From Catajapyx aquilonaris (Eukaryota), in NCBI GenBank assembly GCA_000934665.2, contig KZ538114.1, positions 1-64,000 of the forward strand: 64,000 nucleotides of DNA, written 5' to 3'. This document shows, one piece after another, positions 10,725-20,726 of the stretch. The notes under the pieces were generated by a model. It did not search any database, had not been told where the DNA came from, and was given only the letters and a program-made list of their open reading frames with translations. Made by a program: the position numbers and the translations under genes. Each line of letters begins with the position of its first letter. Positions within the stretch are counted from its first letter, which is position 1.

Positions 10725-13700
10725 ATGGCCGACAATGGCAACTCGGATGGCAAGGATGGCCAGGATCAAAAGCCTAGTCAGAGTGAGTCTGAAGAGAAGG
10801 CCGCAGTTGAGGTGGAGGAGGAGGATGGGTCTGAAGCCAAGAAAGAGGATAAGCCTGAAGACAAGACGGAGGATAAGCCTGAAGCAGAGGTAACTGAGGC
10901 GGCTCAACCCAAAGTAGAGGAGCAAGAAACTGATGCTGAGGGTGTAAAACCAGTCACCAGTGAAGAGAGGCCTGAGTCCAGCCCCTCCCCTATCTCACAA
11001 TTGGTGCAGGCAGACGATACTGTGAAGGAAGATCAGGAAAGTAGTGCACCTGAAACAACGAGTCTGAAGAGTCGTAAATCAGAAACCAATATAAAGATAT
11101 CACAGAGCAAGAAGTCAGTCTCCGTGTTCGGGGTAGGTGAGCCAGGTTCCATCCCAGTTTCTCGAGGATCCATTGTCGACGTGATTGAAGATTCAGACTC
11201 GACAACTATAACGTCACGTGCAGGTGAGGAGCCAGTTTCTCGAGGATCCATTGTCGACGTGATTGAAGATTCAGAGTCGACAAATATAACGTCACGTGCA
11301 GGTGAGGAGCCAGTTTCTCGAGGATCCATTGTCGAAGTGACGGAAGATTCAGACTCGACAACTGTAACGTCACGTGCAGGTGAGGAGCCAGTTTCTCGAG
11401 GATCCATTGTCGACGTGACTGAAGATACAGAGTCGACAAATATAACGTCAAGTGCAGGTGAGGAGCCAGTTTCTCGAGGATCCATTGTCGACGTGACTGA
11501 AGATTCAGACTCAACAAATATAACGTCAAGTGCAGGTGAGGAGGAGAAGGATAGGTTTCAACCCAGCATCAGGTCATCATTAAAGTTTCATCCCACGATG
11601 ACATTGGCATCATCTCGGTCTACTATTACTGTGGCAGGACTTGATTCTGCCAGGACAAAAAGCAGTTCCACTCTGAGTGAAAAATCTGCATCACCATCTG
11701 TCAGGCACATCAGTGGAACAGCCCTTATAAAGAGTATCCTCGGAAAGACGTCTGAAAAGCTGAGGAGTCGTGAGGATGTTGATGATGCGGTCCAAGAGGA
11801 GGCAGTCCAAGAGGATGAAGTCCCAGAGCCAGTTCCTAGCCATGAGACACTTCCAGATATGGAACAGAGGAAAGAGAAGCATTGGACCTCGAGCCTTCTA
11901 GTGACCAAGTTGACACCACAGTCATCTGCTGCTGAAATTAAGAAAGTCCCATCTGATGTCATCTACGATTCTGACCCAGGAGTGGATGCAGCATCCCAAA
12001 TGATAGAACCTCACCCCAGAATCAAAGTCAAAAAGATGCTCAAAGAACTGATCACAGAAGGCCAAGCATCAGAAGAGGCTCAAACTCTCATTTCCGAGAT
12101 TACCGACTGGGATGACGGGTGGGAATCGACACTAGAACCTGGCCGTCGTATATCCGATGTCCCTGACAACATGACTGTGGAAGAGTATTTGCGCTGGTAT
12201 AAGACAGACGGGACTAAGATGGGAGAGCACGAATATCTAAAAATGATTAGAAAGGAAGAGAAGCTCCGCTTTCAAAAGTCAGCAGAGGAGCAGATCCTTT
12301 CCAACCGCTTCTTGACTCAGTCTCAGAAGCACTATGAGATGATGAAGTTGAAGCTCAAGACCAAAACTAAAACCCTCACCCTAGACGACGTCCTGGCCTT
12401 CCGTGACCCACACCACGTGACTGCCTGCCGACGCCTGCGTGATGCCGGGTTGGATGCAGAGGCAGCAGAGCTGGAGGCTCTCATGGATGCGGAGAAGGCC
12501 AACCGAGAGCTGCTCAGAGCGGCTGGAGTGCCCATCGAAGAGCTGCCTCCCATCATGCAGGAGAAGCCCAAAGTACTGGAGAGAGTCCAGAGCGAACTAC
12601 GTACATCTGGGATTGCAGTTGCCCAGCGCTTCTACCAGGAAGCATTGAATGCGAGGTCTTCTCTGGCCAACTGGCTAGAGGAAAATAACATGATCATGGC
12701 CGCGGAACATTTCTTCAAGTCTCTGCCCACCATTTCTGCCAGGTATGATGTTTCAATAATTGTTGCTTGCACAGGAAATGGTCCAGACACTTGTCAATAG
12801 TCAACCTAAGTGTCCAGATCCTTTCTGTGCCGATATTGCTGGAACAATTGTTTTGAAAATTAACGTAACGCAGGAATTGTATGACATCTACAGTCGTCAT
12901 AATTGGTGAATGATTCTCACTTACCTTTTCAAACCAGGTTGCGCATACTTCGCCTCCAGGGCATCTGCTGGGCCCTGCTGGACTTGGGCTCGCATCACCT
13001 GCGCATGGGCCACTGGGAGGAAGCACGCCAAGAGTTGGAGGGAGCCATCCAGTTGAGTGAGGGAAAGGCGTGGGTATGGAATGGAGTCAAGATAGCCAAT
13101 GAGACTGCCAAAAAACTGTGCGGTGTCTTTATCGGGTTGGGAGAGACGGAGCTGAAGGCTGGGAAGTTCAAGGATGCGGCTATTCGCTTCAAGAAGGCTC
13201 AAGCCGTGGCTTCCAGGTTTGAGTTGGCACAAGTAGAGGCGGAGGCACACTTGTATATGGGAAAAGCATTGGAAGGGGTAGACAAGATGGCCATGGCTGT
13301 AATGGAGTACAGGACATACATGGACCTCCTCAAGGTAGTCAGAGAGGTATTGCTTCAACCTGAAGGGCCGGTTGCACCGAGGCAAGATTCAGGTTCAGGT
13401 AAAATTTGCTAATTGTAGCCGACAATTAAGAACATGAGCAACGAACCTGAATCTTGCGCCGGTGCAGCTTGTCCAAAACCAGTGAATGAAATTTATTCAT
13501 TGCAATAATTGAATGCTGGCATGGAAGAACGTTGCAAATGATTTTTGGCAACTTTTCAGGAGACGTGTTTTTCTGCTGTGGATCCCATGCAAAGTGAATG
13601 CACTCTTGCTGGAATGTCCGGCTTTTTCTCAGCTAAATGAACGGATAGCGTTGGGTGGACTATTCCGTTCGAACCAGCTGGTCATTTGCTACGTTTCTAC

Positions 13701-14621
13701 AGTGTCAACTCAAAACAGCCAAAATGACACTTACAACGTTCTTCCATGCCAGCATTCAATTGTTCACATCGTTGTCATTGATCTGACGAATGGAATAGCT
13801 CAACATTTTCATAATTTTTCAGTAGAGCCACAAGAAACCTGCAAACCGCTATACAAATACTCGTACAAAGCAGGGCGTTTTGATTTTCCTTTCTAACTCT
13901 AACGCCATTTGTCCCATGTGTTTGCCAGAATGTGACCCAACACTTGATGGTGCTAGCAGAGGCCATAATCCAATTTATGTCGAATTCATCCTGTTGTCAG
14001 ATTGACGACGACATGCAAGGTTTAATTAGCTGACTTGCGGAACCTCTCATTTTTTCCCCTTCACTTTTCATCCTTCTTTCTGCATGCTCATCGGAAAATT
14101 TAAAGTCGACGCCAGCGGAAATGGAAGAGGAAGAGTATGTGAAACTGCAGGCCCGAGGCCTGAAGCAAATCTCCTCCTGCATGGCCCGTATGGGGTATGG
14201 CTTCCGCGATGACGCCCGGACTGCCATGGCAGAGTTACAGTTTCTTGCTCAGAAGTGGAACATGTATGAACTGGAAGGCTGGGCCCTCATCCAGCGCGGA
14301 CACATGGAGGTGGAGGAAGGCACCTTCACAACGGCAGCCCTTTTCTACCAGCATGCCTACGTGGTCACACACAGGGCGAAACTCTGGCGCATCTGCGAGG
14401 AGGCAGCCACCCTCTGGGCACACGCCAGGAGCGCCACCCTACTCCCAGGATTCATGGGCCTCATTCAGCAGGAGGGACAGGGGGCGATGCAGGTGCTTCT
14501 GGACTGGAAGGCCCACCGCATGCATCTGCAGACCGTCTCCATCCACAGCCAGGTGGCCCAAAAAGCCTGTATGCTTCAGAAGGCAAGCCAAACTACTCCA
14601 AAACCAAATACCACAGGTTGA
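10725..14621 (+). CDS. TTC29: Tetratricopeptide repeat protein 29-like, ~976 aa, with long acidic N-terminal extension
   Basis: Exons 10725-12742, 12938-13334, 14106-14621 (third acceptor less certain), frame-consistent. HHVTACRRLRDAG..ELEALM, TPR helices (EAHLYMGKALE, ALIQRGHME) and C-terminal LLDWK resemble TTC29; divergent. Confidence 0.7.
11154..11543 (+). repeat. Coding minisatellite, 5 x 78 bp (26 aa: PVSRGSIVDV[I/T]EDS[D/E]ST[T/N]ITS[R/S]AGEE)
   Basis: Units begin CCAGTTTCTCGAGGATCC at 11154, 11232, 11310, 11388, 11466; near-identical and in frame. Confidence 0.97.
13365..13474. mobile_element. Small degenerate MITE / inverted repeat in TTC29-like intron 2
   Basis: TGCACCGAGGCAAGATTCAGGTTC pairs with GAACCTGAATCTTGCGCCGGTGCA. 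Confidence 0.55.
13511..13757. mobile_element. MITE with AATT flanks (Sola-like) in TTC29-like intron 2
   Basis: GAATGCTGGCATGGAAGAACGTTG at left and its exact reverse complement at right; AATT at 13507-13510 and 13758-13761. Confidence 0.75.
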
Positions 14622-15824
14622 CCAGTTTTTAATATTTGTGTGTATACTACACATGTAAAGTAATAACTTACCGTACATAAAAAAACACTAGATTACAGAA
14701 GAGGGCTTGATTTCTCGCAAAAGGAACTCCACCATGGTAAACACCTTTAACTTTTCTTTCAATAGAAACAATTTTGTTCAACTTTCTGTCATTCACCGGG
14801 TTTGTTGATGGCCAGTAAATGACTCAATCTGTCATTTTGGTGTAAAATCCCATGTAATTACTAGTAGGCACCAGCGTCCCTACATAATCATGCGCAAACA
14901 TAATCATGTTCCCACTTAAGAAAGGAGTGGGCAACTCCATCACACCAAATATGACAGAGATTAAACTGCATTTGTAAAGCTCGGATGTAAACAGAACGGC
15001 ACATTTTCATACGCTGGTGAGCTCCTGCCTCCCTTTCAAAGCTGCCAATGTTGCATGCGCCTTTTGCCTGTGTAAAGACAAAAGTTCCTTCTTTCAACCT
15101 TAAACTAACCGAAATTCGACCCCTTCCATATCCTACCCACCACCACTGCAATCATTGGCAACTTGACAACAGTACAAGACAATCCAAGAAGGCTCACCAT
15201 TTGACACAGGGATAGTGACTACATGGAATTTTCGACACCATGGCTACCGTCTAGTTCTTACGAATACTGAACGTACACCCTGAATAATGAAAGTTCCACT
15301 TCATTATAAATGGAAAACCAAGGTCAAAAGAACTGTTCGTCATTTTGCACAATAAAACTCCCAAAGAGCAGACTGCACATGGGACCTCTACCTACATCAT
15401 AATCAGACCAAATGTCACAGCCAACAAAAATTCCTTCTATTTTTTAACTATGTTTCCAGGGAACTCACCAAATCACTCTCTTTCTACCTGAAATACAAAA
15501 AAAATCGTTAATGTGGCAGTAAATTGCTAGATCAGAACTTTTAAAAATCAGAGTGCACATTCTTTCCCTCCTTGGCTTAAATCATTTCTTGCCTACAACA
15601 CACTCGGTGAATAGCCATCCAAATGCAGTTTGTTCCTATTGAAATGTCCGTAGTGTTTCAGCGAATTTTTTTTTGGCATTGCATTTGGAGTTACGTTGCT
15701 TAAAAATAAGCAGCATAATGCCAAAAAATCACTAAAAACTAGTCATTTCAATTAGAACAAATCGTGTACATTTCATATAAACAATATGTATAAATTTGTA
15801 AAAATCCAGGGACTGTTTTTATTA

Positions 15825-17825
15825 CTATGACTTGCTTTCGTCGTTTGCGTTACTGTTGTCACTAGTAACTGTATGAGGAGGACTTTTAGGCTCCTCCAAC
15901 CTCTCTGTATCGTGAGTCTTAGTACTGCTTTTGCTACTGCTGCCACTTTCGGGTTCTTTGAGTCTCTCTCGACACTGCCAGCAGTATTGGCACACTTCTG
16001 CACTTCGTCTCAGCAGCAGGTGGCAGTTGACCGAGCGCAATGCAGATTCATAGAGCACACCCTTAGCATCATAATCACTAAAGTTACCCTCTGATACCAG
16101 AATCTTGGACATGTCCGATGTTACGTAGGCCTTGGTGCTTCTGGTACCAGCCGAATTGCACTTGGCCCCAGGACACACCTGATACCTGTCTATGGTGCTC
16201 ACAGCCTTCCGGATCATCCACACTCCAAGTAACCTATTCTTCCCAATGTCAGCATATATGGGGTTCCCACGAGAAACGGGCTTAGAATGGGCATACACTG
16301 TGTAGGTGAAGTCTGAGTGAATCACTAAGGCTTTTTGGACCTTGCGGTTTCGTATAAACAGCAGTTCAATGCGGCCCTCCCCACCTGGATTTAGATGCCA
16401 GCCCAGAGGCAAGCCCTGAGATGGCCCACATCCATTAGAACGAAGTTGTTTTTTGACACTCTGAAAGAAGGCAGTGTAGCCTTCATGAGTTTGAAGCTGG
16501 GGAAGTGGGATGGGAACAGCAACTCGTCCCTGGGGATTTGCTGAGCGGACACGAACAGTGGGGAGGACTGGGGCAGGCCCCGCAACCGAGGTTGGTGTAA
16601 TGATGCGAGGCTTCAACTTGGCTTCAGCAGGTGGCCTTCCCGGTTGGAGCTTCACAACCCTGACTATATTTGCACTAGGTGCCGCCACTGGAGTGAGCGT
16701 GCCTGGGAGTTTAGCTCCTGCTGGAAGCACTGTGATTGGTCTGGCACCTGCTGGCAACACTATGGGTTTGGCACCAGGTGGAAGGACTGCAATGGGTTTT
16801 GGCCCAATTGGCAGCACAAGAGTTCTGTTGGAAGTTGTACTTGGCACTGGCGACTTTTTTGTCTGTTCAGTGCTTTCACTTAGGCTCTCCACCTTGCTGA
16901 TGACACACAAACTGTCCTTCTCATCCTCCTTTTCAATGACCTGGAGGCTCTGAACACTCTCAATAACACAAATGGCCTGATCTGGGGGCTGCTCAGGAAC
17001 TACAGCCGGAGTACATAGTGGCCGAGTTACACTCCATGTCACACGATCGCCTGTGTTGCCAGATAGGGACACCTGGGGTTTGGAAACATGGGGACGTGAA
17101 GGCTGTGAGTGACGAGGGATATCTAAGGTGACCACCACTTTCTGGCAGGTAATGTTACGGGTCAGTAGGTGCTGTCGGAGGATAGAAGGAGCAAAGTCTG
17201 CCTCCCAAGCAGGCCGGCAGTAGGTGTGATGACGCAGTGCACCTTTACCACCTGGTATCACTGGTATAACTGGTATAGGTAGCAAGGGCTCGTCCTCACC
17301 AGAGTTCTCTATGTGGACACTTGATTCAGATCCCGCACCACTGAGATCATCATCTGAGAAACCCAAACCTGCTGTGACATGAGATGCTGATCCAGTCTTA
17401 CGGGAACGTAGCCGCCTTGCCATCGTTGCTACCACAGCGTGTGCCTTCAGTATTGTTCTGGCACGCCGCATGCGACGTCCCTTATCTTTGGTCCATTCAA
17501 CTGGCTCCGCCTTCATCTTCTTTCGGCGTGGTTTCCTCTGTCGAGGCATCTCCGGAGCTGAATCCGAGTCAGAATATGCCACCACCCTCCGTTTGTACCG
17601 TCTCTTCCGCTTGGTTGGAGAAGAGGAAGTGGAGGAGTCACCCTCCACCAGCTGGACCACAGGATAGAGGAGGTCACAGTCCATCCCCTCCTCCCCTGCA
17701 TTTATAGCAGAGTCTGACATTGGAGGAGACTCAGAGTTGGGAGACATCCAGGGGGGCAGGAGCTCTGGTTCAAGACCAGGGACGAGCGGGGGCAGCAGAG
17801 GAGGCCATGGGTCACATGCATACAT
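15825..17825 (-). CDS. Uncharacterised nuclear protein, 666 aa; C-terminal Cys-rich domain resembling the pre-catalytic region of P-element/THAP9-type transposases
   Basis: Uninterrupted 2-kb ORF. ATG at 17825 follows an in-frame TAA; splice acceptor TTTTCAG with exon starting at 17848; AATAAA just after the stop (15818-15823). Basic NLS-like tracts (KRKRRYKRR), Pro/Val-rich linker, then GW..KALVIHSDF..VCPG..RSVNCHLL..VCQYCWQCRERL. Confidence 0.8.
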   Translation of the reverse strand: MYACDPWPPLLPPLVPGLEPELLPPWMSPNSESPPMSDSAINAGEEGMDCDLLYPVVQLVEGDSSTSSSPTKRKRRYKRRVVAYSDSDSAPEMPRQRKPRRKKMKAEPVEWTKDKGRRMRRARTILKAHAVVATMARRLRSRKTGSASHVTAGLGFSDDDLSGAGSESSVHIENSGEDEPLLPIPVIPVIPGGKGALRHHTYCRPAWEADFAPSILRQHLLTRNITCQKVVVTLDIPRHSQPSRPHVSKPQVSLSGNTGDRVTWSVTRPLCTPAVVPEQPPDQAICVIESVQSLQVIEKEDEKDSLCVISKVESLSESTEQTKKSPVPSTTSNRTLVLPIGPKPIAVLPPGAKPIVLPAGARPITVLPAGAKLPGTLTPVAAPSANIVRVVKLQPGRPPAEAKLKPRIITPTSVAGPAPVLPTVRVRSANPQGRVAVPIPLPQLQTHEGYTAFFQSVKKQLRSNGCGPSQGLPLGWHLNPGGEGRIELLFIRNRKVQKALVIHSDFTYTVYAHSKPVSRGNPIYADIGKNRLLGVWMIRKAVSTIDRYQVCPGAKCNSAGTRSTKAYVTSDMSKILVSEGNFSDYDAKGVLYESALRSVNCHLLLRRSAEVCQYCWQCRERLKEPESGSSSKSSTKTHDTERLEEPKSPPHTVTSDNSNANDESKS

Positions 17826-18028
17826 GACGATCCCCACCAGCTCTTAGGCTGAAAAGTAGACAGACACATTATTAGTCAATTTGCACAAGACCACAGCATC
17901 GCATAGAATAATGATTCAATTCGTCTTAAGGCTTGTTCCCAAAGCAACTATTAAACCCAAAATTAAACAGAACAGCTCCGTTTCACTGAAAAACGTGAGC
18001 AGGTCTGCGTCATATATCTTACCGGTAC

Positions 18029-18139
18029 CAGGGATGGAAAAAGTACCGCTTCCTTCCAAGAAGCGCTTCTTTTTTCCATGTGCAGGGATAGAAAAAGAAC
18101 CGCTTACCGCCCAAAGAAGCGGTTCTTTTTCCATCCCTG
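18029..18139. mobile_element. hAT-type MITE made of two ~55-bp hairpin units
   Basis: TIR CAGGGATGGAAAAAG; perfect 8-bp TSD ACCGGTAC at 18021-18028 and 18140-18147; second unit starts at 18083. Confidence 0.9.
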
Positions 18140-20726
18140 ACCGGTACTGCTTTTGCACATGGAAAAACGCAAGTTTGGCCATCAAAACCAATGTTTCTCA
18201 ATAAAATTGTAGCTCTCTCATTTCTTGACATTCAATGTACTGGTACGTTGATATTTACATTTTAACATACTGCATATCCATTGACTGCTTCTCGTTTACT
18301 GAATTTATTCAACTTGTTACATGCTGTTTATGAACTGCACGTTGATAAATGGTCGAAAAATCAGATGTTCACTGAACATTGGTATATTTTTAATGCTAGC
18401 ATTTTCAGCATGTTTCAAGTACTGGTTAATATGCCGGTGATGCCAGTACCCAATCTTCATATCCATGCATTGACATGCTGTGATGATTTTGATGACTGAT
18501 CCTTCCAATACGTTCCCATGCTTTATTCCATACCCTCCATCCTCCCCGTGTCTGCTCCTCCCATGTCTGTCTTTCTCCTGTCGTCCTTCTGTGGTCGGCC
18601 AGGTCTTTCCCAGCTGTGCCTGTGGCTCTGTGCCTTGCTCTTTTTTTTGCCCCTCTAGTAGTTAGTATCCTCGAGGAGATTCGCCCAACATGGCCGCCCA
18701 CAGCGCACTGGTGCCGCAGCAGGAGAGGATATTTCCCGCTCCTTCTCCCCTACCTGGGTCGCCCCTCCTGCGATCGGGTCTGGGCAAGGGAGGGGCCTCC
18801 ACGGGGCCAGCCCCCTGCCCCGGGGCGACGACAGGGGCGCGCAGTGGGCAGGGAAAGGGACATGAGAATGGAATCGGAACAATCTGCGGCACCGCTAAGC
18901 AGCTCCGGAGGTGCCAATCCTGGTACCGTACGTACTCCAAGCACATACGGTATCACAGGCAGCAGCCAGGGAACCCGATGGTCATCGCAGGTGGCCCGTT
19001 CTTCGCACGGTGCCACAATCGCCGAAAATGAGACACCAAATATCATTAAAAAACAAAAACAAAACCTACATGTTAGGTATTTATATATGTAAAAAAATTA
19101 CAGTTTTCGGACTTTTCCCTGGATCAGCGTCAGTGTGACTATAGTCACAGCACTCTCAGTACTATAAAAGTGGGTTGGGTAGCCGTGACATACATAACTA
19201 CCAACAAACTTCTTGATTTACATGTTGATGTAGGCTACCTGGCAACGTATGAAGTGGAGAGGGGAAAATTCGGATACTATGTTACAGTATTAATAAATGT
19301 GTTGGGAGTAGTCACCAGGCTAAAAGTATTAAAAATCAATCGATCAATAAATGTAAACATATAAAAAGCAAAGTTTGTTTCTTTGTCAGACTAAGTATGG
19401 GTATGAAATGATTGCCCAGTTTGGTTTCCATGCCAATACCATACAACAACAGGTTCTGATGCTATAAAGTGAAATATAATCAATAATTATCATGTTTTAT
19501 TTTGTTGCTTAATTATTTTACTTCAAATATTATAATATTTCTCGGTACCGTACTTATAATAGCATCTGAACATGTTGCTGCATATGGTAGCCCATTGCTA
19601 TGTAAACCAAACGTGACAAACAAACAACATTACACACCCATTTTCATACCCACACATGGGGCAAACAAACAGGCAAACTACCTTTTACATTTATATATAA
19701 TATGAAGTTAAATACACTATACTCCCAATTTTCTGTGCATTGCCAAAAAAAAATAAGGTTAGAAATAAAATCCGAAAAGAAAATGCCTGTATGTCTCTCA
19801 AACAAGGAAATCATACTTTCTCTAGAAGACAAAATAAAATTCTAAGACAAGTTTTATTATTTTGATTAAACCTTATTTAAAACAGCATACACTCAGCAAA
19901 GTAGTACTGTACATTAAGAGCGTGTGAATGGCTCATTTTCAATGTATCTGTAGCCCCATTTCCGGATTATCCGTGTTTAACGATTATCCGGCGGCACCAG
20001 TGCAGTAATTAGCCCGGATAATCGGGAGTACCGTAGTGCATATATGGCTTATTCCACCACCGTATGACGCAGGACTAGAAAAAAAGCGATCGAAGCGATT
20101 ATTGTCCTTCTAGGCCTGCGCTCCAGAAAAATGCGAGCCGATGCTAGCGAAGTTTTCTATAGTTGCAATATAAATATAAGTAGCCCTTAATTAATCATTG
20201 CCAGATAACTGACAACATTGGCAACATTGCATGGACTGAGTTCAAAATCTGGCGCCCCTTTTTCTGTTGGCTCCCCTGTCGCTCCTCCCCTCTCTCCTCC
20301 CCCTCCCTTGACATTATGGTCTCCCCGCCTTCCCCCTCCATCATGACGGGTTGGAAAACAAGCGAGTGTGTCGGTGCGCACGGGATCTATTTCCGGATTT
20401 TGGTCCTGTCCGCTGCAGCTGCAGTTCCATTCCACTCTCTGGACTAGACTCGCCCGCCACTTGGGCCTCTCCTCGCTCCCTCCCCCGTCGGGAGAGCGCA
20501 GATCGCAAAGAGGGGGGGGTGGCGGCTTGCCCCGGGGCCGCCCCCGCTCTCACAGCCCTACCCCTCATCTTCCGACCCCTTCCCCATCCCCCCCACTCCC
20601 CTTCCCTTCCTCAACCCCACCCCGAAAGAAGTTGGGTCCTAGCCAGTTCTACTCTTCTGAAATAGAACACGCTTGCCTGCTGCTGCCCGCCCCTTCCCAC
20701 CTCCCCTCGGCTGTAGTTCTGCCCAC

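Noticed and set aside
11154..11543. Regular repeats resembling a CRISPR array
   Set aside because: No unique spacers; 78-bp in-frame coding repeats in a eukaryotic gene, and no cas genes.
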